In this document: piece after piece, positions 39,030 through 48,900 of the stretch
Layout of the letters: each line of letters opens with the position of its first letter
Numbering within the stretch: position 1 is the first letter of the stretch
DNA from: Pseudomonadota bacterium
GTDB taxonomy: Bacteria > Myxococcota > JACRCW01 > JAFGSX01
Direction: 5' to 3'
Assembly: GCA_043821645.1 (NCBI GenBank)
Contig: JBDRCO010000003.1
Coordinates: 255,936-319,935 of the forward strand
Length of the DNA stretch: 64,000 nt
The notes under the pieces: model-generated
What the model was told of the DNA's origin: nothing
Seen by the model: the letters and a program-made list of their open reading frames with translations, nothing else
The model's database searches: none
Made by a program: the position numbers and the translations under genes

Positions 39030-40277
39030 GTGCGATTCCCCGGCACGACGCACCTGGTGGCGCTGGCGAGTGTATCCCTTGGTGTCGCGTGCGCGCCTGT
39101 TGCTGGCACCCCCTTCGCGGCGCCCAGTGACGACCCCGCGGCCTGGGATGTGGCGACGGGTGTGCGCTACACCCCCAAGCTTGGCGCACCGACCTGGCTG
39201 GTTCCCTCCCGCTCCCTGCCGGATGCCATCGAGGTTCAGATATCGAACAACAACGTTGATATCGAGCTGTTCGGGGACCGCCTGTTCATGGCCTGGCGCA
39301 CTGGCCCAACCCACTGGGCCTCTTCGAGGACGACCATGCATGTGGTGTCGTCGCGCAACGGCGGTGTGAGCTGGGACCACGAGCTGACCGTCGACCTGGA
39401 TACAGACCTGAGAGAGCCGCGCCTCGTGCAGATGCACGGTGAGCTGCAGCTGCTGTTCTTCGAGGCTGGCGACAACATGTTTGCCTTCGAGCCGCGGGCC
39501 CTGTGGCGGAGCTTCCGCCGAGGGAGCGCACAGTGGACCGCGCTTGAGGAGTGGGGCGAAGCGGGCGAGGTGCCCTGGGACGTCAAGGTGCGCGGTGGCG
39601 TGGCCTATCTCACAACCTACAAGGGCAACCACTACCAGACCGGACCGAGCGACATTTCGGTGCGCTTCTATCGCTCGGACGACGCGAGATCCTGGCGTCC
39701 AGTCGGTGAGCGAGCCGAGGTGTATCGGGGTGGATGCTCCGAGGCCGCCATCGAGTTCATGTCGGATGGATCCCTATGGGCGGTCCTGCGCAACGAGGAT
39801 GGAGATGCCACGGGGTTTGGCTCCCTGCTGTGCCGTGCACCTGCGAACGACCTCGGGCACTGGGACTGTGCGCGGCGCAGCGATCCCAGGCGCTACGATT
39901 CACCCGAACTGATCCGGCACGGTGACAGCCTCTACCTGCTGGCGCGGCGTGACGTCGGGGGGCACTACGACCAGGGACCGAGCAAGATCTCCGTGAGCGA
40001 GCGGCGCCTCACCAACATGATCGACTACTGGAATCGGCCCAAGCGCACTGCTCTGTACCTGGTGGATACGGCGCAGCGACGTGTGCGATGGCTGCAGGAC
40101 CTTCCGTCTGCCGGTGACACGGCATTTCCGTCAGCCAGGCGACTCGACACTCACACCTTTCTCGTCGCCAACTACACCTCGCCGGTCGACGATCTCGATC
40201 GTTCGTGGCTGAGAGGGCAGGGCGCTGACGATGGCACGGATATCTACGCCCTACTTCTGCACTTCGAGAGTCCGTAG
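39030..40277 (+). CDS. Hypothetical lipoprotein, sialidase-like beta-propeller
   Basis: Lipobox GVAC; Asp-box-like SRNGGVSW and SDDARSW; DLREP, SAGDTAFP. Confidence 0.7.
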   Translation: MRFPGTTHLVALASVSLGVACAPVAGTPFAAPSDDPAAWDVATGVRYTPKLGAPTWLVPSRSLPDAIEVQISNNNVDIELFGDRLFMAWRTGPTHWASSRTTMHVVSSRNGGVSWDHELTVDLDTDLREPRLVQMHGELQLLFFEAGDNMFAFEPRALWRSFRRGSAQWTALEEWGEAGEVPWDVKVRGGVAYLTTYKGNHYQTGPSDISVRFYRSDDARSWRPVGERAEVYRGGCSEAAIEFMSDGSLWAVLRNEDGDATGFGSLLCRAPANDLGHWDCARRSDPRRYDSPELIRHGDSLYLLARRDVGGHYDQGPSKISVSERRLTNMIDYWNRPKRTALYLVDTAQRRVRWLQDLPSAGDTAFPSARRLDTHTFLVANYTSPVDDLDRSWLRGQGADDGTDIYALLLHFESP

Positions 40278-40284
40278 TACGTGC

Positions 40285-41709
40285 TCAGGGCTTGGTCGGG
40301 GCGGTGATGCTCAGCAACTCTGCCTCGGCCTGTTCGAGATCGCCGGGGCGCCTCATGCCCTCGGGGAGGTTGCGCACAGCACTCACCACGTCCTGCCGTG
40401 CGCGGCGTTCTCCGTCGACGTCACCTCGCGCTCGGTGTACCTCGGCCAGCAGGCGCAGGATGCGCGCCTTGCGCGGGCCATAGGCCAGGTCCGCCGCCCG
40501 CTGCGCAGGACCCAGGGCTTTGTCTGCGTCCCCGACCTGCAGCAGCACCCAGGCCAGGCGGTAGGGCGGGTCGTAGTCCTCGGGCAGCGCCTCTGTCGAG
40601 AGCGTCAGCTCGTCGACCAGCGCGCGACCCTCACCGAGGTACACGTAGACCTCGGCCCGTGGCCAGTTGTAGGTGCTGGCCGCGCGGGCGTCCGCCGCGC
40701 TGCGGGCGGCGGTATCGAGGAGCGAACGCTGATGCTGGGCGGCCATCCGGGCAGCGGCAATATCGCCCTGGGCCTCATGCAGCTCGCGCAGGATGCGCAG
40801 GGCATCGCTGCGATCGTCGACCGACATCGGAGCCGTGGCATCGGCGATCAGGGCTTCGAGGCGCTCGAAGCTCCTGGTCTGGATCTGGCGCCTGAGCCCG
40901 GCATCGTCGACGTGCGTGGCGCAGTCGGCGGCGTAGTAACAGAAGTCCGCCGCACTGGCGCTGCGCCCGGTCTCGGCCATGTGTTGCAGCGAGAAACGCA
41001 CGCAGCCATCCCAATCCTGCTGCCGGTGCAGCACACCTATCGTTGACACCAGCAGGTCCGGGCGTCTTGGCCAGTCTGCACAGGAGTGCTCGAGTGCCGC
41101 GAGGTAGGCCCGCCCGGCGACCTCCAGGTCTCCAGCCATCGCCGCACGATCCCCATCGCGGATGAGGCGCATCGGGTCGTTTGCCGCCAGGCTCCCGCTG
41201 GCTGCCCGCGAGTCCACATGACCGCGCTCGCCGGTGCCCAGGAACTCGCGAAACTGCGCCACCGAGGCGGATCCCAGGTAGCGGGCCTGGACCTGCAGGT
41301 CCGGCGACACGACCAGAAAGGTGGGCCAGACCTCCGGCCGCAGCGTCGAGACGATCTCGGCATTTTTGGGTCTATCCGTGTCGATGGCGAGCCAGACAAA
41401 GCGATCGGCCAGGGCTGCGAGGCCAGGATCGAGCAGGACCGTGTGCTTCATGGACATGCAGGTGTGGCACCAGGGTGCCCACAGGTCGATGAGCACAGGG
41501 CGGTCGGTGTCTCGTGCGCACTGCAAAGCCGTCGCCGCGTCGTCGTGAAACCAGGGGATCTTCGACCCGATGGCTGGCGCGTCGGCGCGAGAACAAGGAT
41601 CCGTGGACGACGCCCGGAGGGCATCACTCCGCCGCGAATCGGCGTCTGGCGCGGTGGTCGCGCAGGCGGCAAGGGTGAGTGTCAGCAGGACCGCCGAGGT
41701 ACGTGTCAT
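40285..41709 (-). CDS. Thioredoxin-fold lipoprotein with TPR-like helices
   Basis: Lipobox LAAC; WAPWCHTC; WPTF; helical repeats. Confidence 0.85.
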   Translation of the reverse strand: MTRTSAVLLTLTLAACATTAPDADSRRSDALRASSTDPCSRADAPAIGSKIPWFHDDAATALQCARDTDRPVLIDLWAPWCHTCMSMKHTVLLDPGLAALADRFVWLAIDTDRPKNAEIVSTLRPEVWPTFLVVSPDLQVQARYLGSASVAQFREFLGTGERGHVDSRAASGSLAANDPMRLIRDGDRAAMAGDLEVAGRAYLAALEHSCADWPRRPDLLVSTIGVLHRQQDWDGCVRFSLQHMAETGRSASAADFCYYAADCATHVDDAGLRRQIQTRSFERLEALIADATAPMSVDDRSDALRILRELHEAQGDIAAARMAAQHQRSLLDTAARSAADARAASTYNWPRAEVYVYLGEGRALVDELTLSTEALPEDYDPPYRLAWVLLQVGDADKALGPAQRAADLAYGPRKARILRLLAEVHRARGDVDGERRARQDVVSAVRNLPEGMRRPGDLEQAEAELLSITAPTKP

Positions 41710-41754
41710 GGGGTCGGTATAGCACGACCAGGCCAGGCGGGCCGCTCACCGCAC

Positions 41755-43404
41755 TCAGACCGAGAGGGCTCCCTTGCGAAAATCGCTGACACCGATGTTC
41801 ACGTTGACCAGTGCGGCAGTGTCCGCGGCAAAAGCCCGCTCGAGGGCAGGGCGCAGCTCGGTCAGGCGCTCCACCTGTTCACCGTGGCCACCGAGGGCCG
41901 TCACCACCAGGTCGTACCGGGTGTGGTCGAGGGTCGTGGCAACGGCTCGGTCCTCTCCGTACAGCGCCGCCTGACCACGGTAGATCTGGGACCAGCGGGC
42001 ATCGTTTCCCACCACTCCAACGACGGGGATGCGCTGGCGCACCATGGCCTCGAACTCCATGGCGTGCAGGCCAAAGGACCCGTCACCCAGGACCAGCAGC
42101 ACTCTGTGGTCGGGGTGGGCGAGCTTGGCTGCCATGGCATAACCCGGGCCGACGCCGAGGGTGCCCAGGGGCCCAGGATCCATCCAGTGCCCAGCACCAT
42201 CGATGTCGAGCATGCTGGCGGCGGTGGCCACGAAGTCGCCACCGTCACCCACCACGATGGTGCGAGCGTCGACGAAGCGATTGAGCTCAGCACACAGACG
42301 CAGCGGGTTGATGGGTTCGGCCTCGCTCGTGGCTTCGACCGAGATCCTGGCCTGCTTCTCGGCTTCGGCACCCCGCACCTCCGCCAGCCAGCTCTGCCAG
42401 CGCAGGGGCTTTCCGGCCAGGGCCTCGATGAGCTGAGCCTGAACCTGGCCACTGTCCCCCACGATGCCGACGTCGACACTGCGGTTGCGTCCTATCTCGG
42501 CACCGTCGAGATCCACCTGCACCAGGCGCGCCGCGGCGGGGATCTTCTCGCCATAGCCGAGGCGGAAGTCGAGCGGGGTGCCAAAGAGCAACACCAGGTC
42601 CGCGCGTCCCAGCGCGTGGTTGCGGGCGTGGCGAAACAGGCAAGGATGCGTGGGCGCCAGGGCTCCGCGAGCCATGCCGTTGACGAAGAGCGGAGCCGGG
42701 ACCACGTCGAGCAACGCAGCCAGGGCCTCGGGGCGACGCGACCAGCGCCACTGGCTGCCCACGATCACGAGTGGGCGCTCGGCCTGGCGTAGCAGATCCA
42801 CCGCAGCCGCCACCTGCTCCGGATCTCCGGCGGTGGTGGCGACGGTCCGCGAGCTGGCATAGCGAACGATGTCGTCCTCGGCTGCGCTGTTCATGAGCAC
42901 GTCGACAGGCATCTCGAGAAACACCGGACCAGGCACGCCGCTCGACGCCACGCGGAAGGCGCTCTGCACATACTCGGCCAGGCGTCGGGTCTCCGGGACG
43001 CTCACCGCCCACTTGGTGATGGGCCGCAGGAGTTCGACGTGATTCATGTCCTGCAGGGATCCACGGTCCTGTCCCCCAAAGGGTCCAAGAACACGCGAGC
43101 CCTGGCCCCCGATGACGACGAGAGGGACCTGGGCGCGCTGGGCATTGGCCACCGCGGTCACGGTGTCGGTGACGCCCGGGCCCGCGGTCACGATGGCGAC
43201 TCCGGGCAAGCCGGTGGCTCGAGCCCAGCCGTCGGCCGCGTGACCGGCCGTCTGCTCGTGACGGACGTCAATCACGCGTATTCCCTCGTCAAGACAGCCG
43301 TCGTAGATGGCCTGCACATGTCCACCGCACAGCGTGAACACGTGCGTCACACCCTGCTCGCGCAGGGCCCGGGCGACGATGCGGCCTCCGTGCAGGAATC
43401 CCAT
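41755..43404 (-). CDS. TPP-dependent enzyme, acetolactate synthase / 2-hydroxyacyl-CoA lyase family
   Basis: FTLCGGH, DVRHEQ, TAGPG, GTLGVG, GDGSFG...ND TPP motif; GGAGGG RBS before ATG 43404. Confidence 0.9.
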   Translation of the reverse strand: MGFLHGGRIVARALREQGVTHVFTLCGGHVQAIYDGCLDEGIRVIDVRHEQTAGHAADGWARATGLPGVAIVTAGPGVTDTVTAVANAQRAQVPLVVIGGQGSRVLGPFGGQDRGSLQDMNHVELLRPITKWAVSVPETRRLAEYVQSAFRVASSGVPGPVFLEMPVDVLMNSAAEDDIVRYASSRTVATTAGDPEQVAAAVDLLRQAERPLVIVGSQWRWSRRPEALAALLDVVPAPLFVNGMARGALAPTHPCLFRHARNHALGRADLVLLFGTPLDFRLGYGEKIPAAARLVQVDLDGAEIGRNRSVDVGIVGDSGQVQAQLIEALAGKPLRWQSWLAEVRGAEAEKQARISVEATSEAEPINPLRLCAELNRFVDARTIVVGDGGDFVATAASMLDIDGAGHWMDPGPLGTLGVGPGYAMAAKLAHPDHRVLLVLGDGSFGLHAMEFEAMVRQRIPVVGVVGNDARWSQIYRGQAALYGEDRAVATTLDHTRYDLVVTALGGHGEQVERLTELRPALERAFAADTAALVNVNIGVSDFRKGALSV

Positions 43405-43542
43405 GACACCCTCCCGACCTTTGTGCATACGGCCTCAACGTAGCGCCCGGGTCGCACCGCTCAAGCTGGGGCTCGCCGCCGCGCTGGCAGGCACCAGGCG
43501 ACTCGCATAGACTGCATCTGTCACCGTCGACACGAGGCACAC

Positions 43543-44868
43543 GTGGCGGTTCGAGGCGCTGGCGGTCCGGGAACCTTTGCGACACCGCAGGTGCAGGCGG
43601 TGGCCAGCAACCTGTCTCAGATGTTCGCCGCCGCGGGCATGAGCCTGTCGCCGCGGGATGCCATGGCCCTGGCCCAGCACATCGTCAAGAACCTGGTGGC
43701 GCAGGGCTACGGAGCCAAGCCCCAGGGGCAACTCGAGCAGCAATTGAAGCAGGTCTTGCAGGCCGCGCAGCGTTCTCATGGGCTCAACATGAGCGGCAAG
43801 CTCGACAACCCCACCATGGCCCTGCTGCGCAGCCTTGGCGTGGTGGCGACCCAGACCAGTGGACCCAAGGGTGTGCTCGAGAACAAGGACGGTTTCGTTC
43901 GCCAGGCATCGACCCGCAACGCGCCGCCCGAGGCGAGTCCGAAAACCGAACAGGCGGTGAAGCAGAGCCTGGTCGAGAATCTGGCGAGTTTGCTCGAGCG
44001 CAATCTTGGCGACCTCGGCAAGCGCCTGGGGTCCCTGCTTCTCGGTCTGGCCGCACGGGGCGAGGCCCTGGGGGATCAGGTGCGACAGGCGCTGGATGGC
44101 CTGCGTGGTGCAGCCGGTGAGGCCGCTGCGCGCATCCAGGGTCGAGGTGCCGAGGGTCAGCCCCAGGCCGCATTGCCTCCGGCCTCGGTGACGACGGCTC
44201 AGGTGGCGACCAGTGTTGCCGCACCTGCTGCGGCGCAGGTCCAGAACGGTGAACGTGCACGTTCCGAGTCCCTGCTGGCAACCAAGGACCCCAAGGACAG
44301 GGGGGCACCGGTGGGCGATGCGCTGTCCGACCAGGGCAAGGGCAAGCAGGGACAGCACGCCGGCATGCTCGGGGGCGGTGAGGGGGAGGGCGCGCCAGAG
44401 GAGACCGGCGAAGACGATGGTCTGAGCACAGATCCGGACGACGACGGCAGCGAGCGCGACACGGGCAATGCGCCCAGCGGCGACGAGAACTTCGCGGACC
44501 CCGAACGTGGCCATGCCCAGCTCGACGACGGCAGCGCAGCGGGCGAGGGCTACTACGAGATCCCCGCCTTCGAGGAGCAGGTGCTGGAGGCCCTGGCTGC
44601 CATCGTGCGCGATCCCGAGAGCGCGACGCGCGCCACGACCTACAGCTGGGACCTGGTGCTGTACAAGCCTGGCGTGTATGGCGCCGGGCAAAAGGGCGAG
44701 GAGCTGGTGCACCTCGAGGTGCAGAATGCGACGCCCTTTGACCCGGTGTGGGACAAGGCCAGAGGCGAGATCGGTCGCATCCTCCGTCGCTACCAGCCTG
44801 GCGCGCTGCCTCCATCTCGCGCCGAGATCGAGGTCGCCCTGCGACGTGCCCGCGTGCGCGAGGCCTGA
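43543..44868 (+). CDS. Hypothetical protein with PG_binding_1-like motif and acidic linker
   Basis: LQAAQRSHGLNMSGKLDNPTMALL; GAGG RBS; no Sec signal. Confidence 0.7.
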   Translation: MAVRGAGGPGTFATPQVQAVASNLSQMFAAAGMSLSPRDAMALAQHIVKNLVAQGYGAKPQGQLEQQLKQVLQAAQRSHGLNMSGKLDNPTMALLRSLGVVATQTSGPKGVLENKDGFVRQASTRNAPPEASPKTEQAVKQSLVENLASLLERNLGDLGKRLGSLLLGLAARGEALGDQVRQALDGLRGAAGEAAARIQGRGAEGQPQAALPPASVTTAQVATSVAAPAAAQVQNGERARSESLLATKDPKDRGAPVGDALSDQGKGKQGQHAGMLGGGEGEGAPEETGEDDGLSTDPDDDGSERDTGNAPSGDENFADPERGHAQLDDGSAAGEGYYEIPAFEEQVLEALAAIVRDPESATRATTYSWDLVLYKPGVYGAGQKGEELVHLEVQNATPFDPVWDKARGEIGRILRRYQPGALPPSRAEIEVALRRARVREA

Positions 44869-44924
44869 TCGCGTCGTTCCCTGGATGGGCTGATCGGTCG
44901 AGGCGGGCTGGCGGCGAGCGTCCT

Positions 44925-45833
44925 TCAGCCCAGCGCGCGAATGCGCATGTCCAAGAACATCTGATCGACCTCGTCACGCAGCGGTCCATGCCAGGTGTTC
45001 ACCGCCACCCCGTCGAGACGCGTGAACAGGCTGCCGTTTCCATAGACCACGGCCCAAAACCCAGGCTTGTGTACGCCTGCGAAGTAGCGCACCCAGGCGC
45101 GCCCGCGCAGGTCGACCGGGTGCCAGGGTGGCACCCACCGGTAGACGGTGCGCGTGGGCAGACCTATGTAGGTGCGCAGCGAGGTGAACAGCGACATGTG
45201 CGTCAGGTGCGTGTCCGTGACCGCCGCCAGGGTCTCGTAGGTTGCGGTCACCCGGGTCCAGGTGCGTCCCTCGGCGTCCGGCACGTGGTCCAGGTGCATG
45301 TGGGTACCGGGCTTGAGCCTGAAGTAGAACTCCTGTTCGAAGCGCTGCAGGTCCTGGTAGCCAGGCTGGCCGTCGTGGGTCGAAAAGGTGATGAGCTTCT
45401 GATCCAGCTCGGGAAGCAGGCGCAGCGAGGTCGGGTTGATGTTGCCGAGGTCCGAGGGATCGCCCGCCGGATCCAGCATGGCAAAGTGCCGACCCTTGCC
45501 CGCAGCGTCGTCAAGGATGAAGTAACAGCCCACCCAGCAGTCCTTGAAGCGGCTGCGTGGCTCGACAAAATTCGAGTAGCACAGCGATCGATGCAGGCTC
45601 TCGTCGTTGCTGTAGTCGCCGACGGTGTAGGCGTTGTAGCACTCGATGTCGACCTGGCCTTGGGACATCTGGCTCAGGTACTCGCCGAAGGGGATGATGT
45701 AAGGACGTCGCTGCAGCCCGGTGGGAGGCGAGGCAAACCCAAGCTCGATGTTGTGGCGGCGCAGGTCCTCGCGCTGGATCAGGTGGGCGAGGGACGCGGT
45801 GATGCAACTCAGCACCGGAATCTCCTGAGGCAC
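44925..45833 (-). CDS. Hypothetical protein, no family recognised
   Basis: 302-aa ORF with globular-protein composition filling the gap after the large surface protein gene. Confidence 0.7.
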   Translation of the reverse strand: MPQEIPVLSCITASLAHLIQREDLRRHNIELGFASPPTGLQRRPYIIPFGEYLSQMSQGQVDIECYNAYTVGDYSNDESLHRSLCYSNFVEPRSRFKDCWVGCYFILDDAAGKGRHFAMLDPAGDPSDLGNINPTSLRLLPELDQKLITFSTHDGQPGYQDLQRFEQEFYFRLKPGTHMHLDHVPDAEGRTWTRVTATYETLAAVTDTHLTHMSLFTSLRTYIGLPTRTVYRWVPPWHPVDLRGRAWVRYFAGVHKPGFWAVVYGNGSLFTRLDGVAVNTWHGPLRDEVDQMFLDMRIRALG

Positions 45834-45900
45834 GCGCTGCCCGCGCGTGGCCGTGTTGTCGGCTGCGGGCGTCGCCCCGTCGGACAGCCAGAGCTTCGGG

Positions 45901-48900
45901 CTACGGCACCTCGTCGCAGCCGATGTCCGGGAACAGACCGCCGTTGTGGCGGGCGTCCCCGTCGATGTCGCCCAGTGTGCCGAGCAAGCTGGTGTCCCAC
46001 CACGAGGTGGTCTCCAGGGACTTCTCCCTCAAAAACGAGCCGTTGCCGATGTGATAGCCATCGGCAAGGAAGGTGGGGTCGCTGGCGTACGACAGGTTGA
46101 ACGGCGCAGTCCCCTGATAGGGCCCCGTGTCTGCGTTCACCTGGACGTCGGTCGCGTACAGGGTCGCCGCGCAGGTGGCCGGTGTGGTGATCCGGTACAC
46201 GTAGGCCGTGGGATCCGGCACCTGGCCGTCGCCGATGGCCGGCCAGAAGTCGGTGTTGGCCGCGCGAAACGGAACCGCATAGTCCGGCGTTCCACCTGAG
46301 CCCACGACACAGTTTTCGTAGAACCCGTAGCTGGGTGTGCCGGTGCCCGCGTCCACGATGTTGCCGGCGAACACGGCCACCTTCGACAACCCGCTGGCCA
46401 CGAGCTGGCCCAGATACACGCCATAGCTCACCGCACCGACGGCACCCGGCATGCCACTGGCGTGAATGTTGTTGTGCAGGAACCTGTAGTTGTCGCCGGC
46501 ATTGCCGCCGACCTCGAGGCCGCGCGTCTCGAAGCCCATCCCGGCCCTGATCACGTTGTTGGTCACGTAGCCGTAGTTGGCGACGTCACCACCGGTCTCC
46601 CATTGCGTCCGGGCGTAGAACGAGGCACCCACCGAGGGACCTGTTCCGTTGGCCTGGTCGCCGCCGGTGATGAAGTTACCATCCATGCGACAGCGCCGGC
46701 ACTCGCCCATCTGCAAACCGTAGCTGCCGTTGCCGTAGCCGGCGCCGGCCTGGATGGTGTTCCCCCGGATGATGTTATCGACGTCGGCCGAGGGCACGAA
46801 GGTGTGCTGCAGGAGCACGCCAAAGGAGGCGTCACCCGCACCGGCCCTGATCGTGTTTCCGGTGATGACGGCGCCACTGAGGTTGGTGGTGGCCACCAGC
46901 CCGTAGGCGTTGCCCTGGGCCGTGCCACCCACGATGGTCAGGTCGCGCAGCGAGATGCCGTCGATGTTTCCCGTGCTCAGGCGCAAGCCGCAGCTGTCGG
47001 CGCTGGCATTGCCCTGGGCGCGGTTGCCGGTGAGGGTGCCGCCGTTGACGGACGAGCCGTCTGCATTCGCGAGGTGGAGACCCATGGACCGTGCCGTGCC
47101 CCCCGCCAGGCTGCTGTCCGCTGCTCCGCCCGTGGCGATGAGGTTGGTGGCCGTGAGCACGCCGTCCTGGACGCGCATGCCCTGGCTGCCGGTCGCGGCC
47201 TCTCCGGCAAGCGCCAGGGTGGACGACGACGAGATGTCACAGTTGGTCGTGAACACGCCGTACGAGCTCCCGGTCAGCGAGGGGCCTGCGATGTAGTTGC
47301 CGCCGGTGAGGGTGAGTGTGGTGTTGCTGGCAGACAGAGCGTAGGCCGTGCCGTCGCTGGCCTGGCCGCCGGTCACCACCACGGACTGCAGGGTCACCGC
47401 GCCGCAGCTGGTGATGCGGATGCCCGAGCTTCCCAGTCCCGTGCTCGAGCCGACCACGGCCCGGTTGATGCTGTGCGGTGTCACGGACACAGCACCGGAG
47501 CATTCCATGGCGATGCCGTTGCTGTACTGCGCGGCCATGCCACCGTCGATGTGCGGTTCCCCGGTGTCGTCGGGCTGCACGATGAGCGTCCCGGCCTCGT
47601 GCCACAGCCCGATGCTGTTGCCCAGGGTCGGCTCACTGCCATCGCGCGCGGTGCCCGCGGTGATGGTGCCGCCGGAACGGGTCAGGGACCCGGTCCAGTG
47701 CGCCACGCCCACACTCAGGCTGCCAGCATTGCCTGCCACGTAGTCACCACCGAACAGCGTGGAGGCCTTTGCCGCGCTGCTGACCGCAAACGACACCGAG
47801 GGATCTCCCGCCGGACTGGTCCCGTCCTGCAGCACGTTTCCCGCAGTCACGTCGGTGCTGATCAGGGTCAGGCTGGGGTCGTTGATGGCGGCGCCCACAC
47901 CCACGGCGACCCACTGGGCGTCTCCCGTGGTCACCGTGCTGGATTCGATGTGCACGGTGCTCGGGGACGCGGCGTTGACGCCGAAGGCATAGTACGTGGT
48001 GGGTGTCGTGGACGTCGGCGTGGTTGCGGCGATGGTGGCATCCACCAGCCGCACGCTGGGGCTGGCCTCGACGGCGAGACCGAAGGCGAACCCATCATCG
48101 ACGCCCCCGGTGAGGGCGGCCGCGCGCCCGCCAGTGAAGCTATCCCCGCTGGAGACGATGGACGTGCTGTTGCAGGCTGCGCCGGCCACCGTGGCCGCAT
48201 AGCCACCGCTGAAGGTGTTGTCGGACAGCGTCACGCCGGCGTTTTCGAAGAAGGCCCCGACCGCGGAACCGCTGGTGGGGGCGTTGGCCGCGTGATTGCC
48301 GGCCATCACGTTGTGACTCAGAGACAGCGACGAGGCTGCTGTGGACCCGGCATACAGGCCCACGCACCAGTAGCCCTGGGAGCATCCCGTGATCGAGGGG
48401 TTGCCCTGGACTTCCGGATCACCTTCGAGCACCACGATGCCCGCAGCCATGGTCATGTCCGTGGCCGAGCCGGCTCCGCCCAGGACGGTGTTGCCCGCGA
48501 TGAGGGCGCGCGCACCGGTGCCGCCAGTGGCGACCCGCAGCTGCATGCCCATGACCTCGGCGGCCTCGCCGCCCGTGACATCGTTGTCGCTGATCTGGGG
48601 GATGCCGCCAGCACCGAGAGACGCCACACCGTCCGAGACTTCGAGGCCCACGGCATAGGTCGTCGCCACACCTCCCTGGATGGTGCAGTTGCTGACCTGC
48701 GACCGATCGGTGGCGCTGGCGTGGTGCAGCTCGAGCCCGATGCTCGAGTCGGCCTGGGTGGAGACGCTCTTGCGCGTGCCCACCAGGGTGCTGTCCAGGA
48801 TCTCGACGGTGGCGTCGGTCACCCGCACCGCCACGCGGCCGGGGAAATCCGCGGCCGGTTCAATGCCCTGGATGTCACAGCCGCGCAGCCGAACGGCGCT

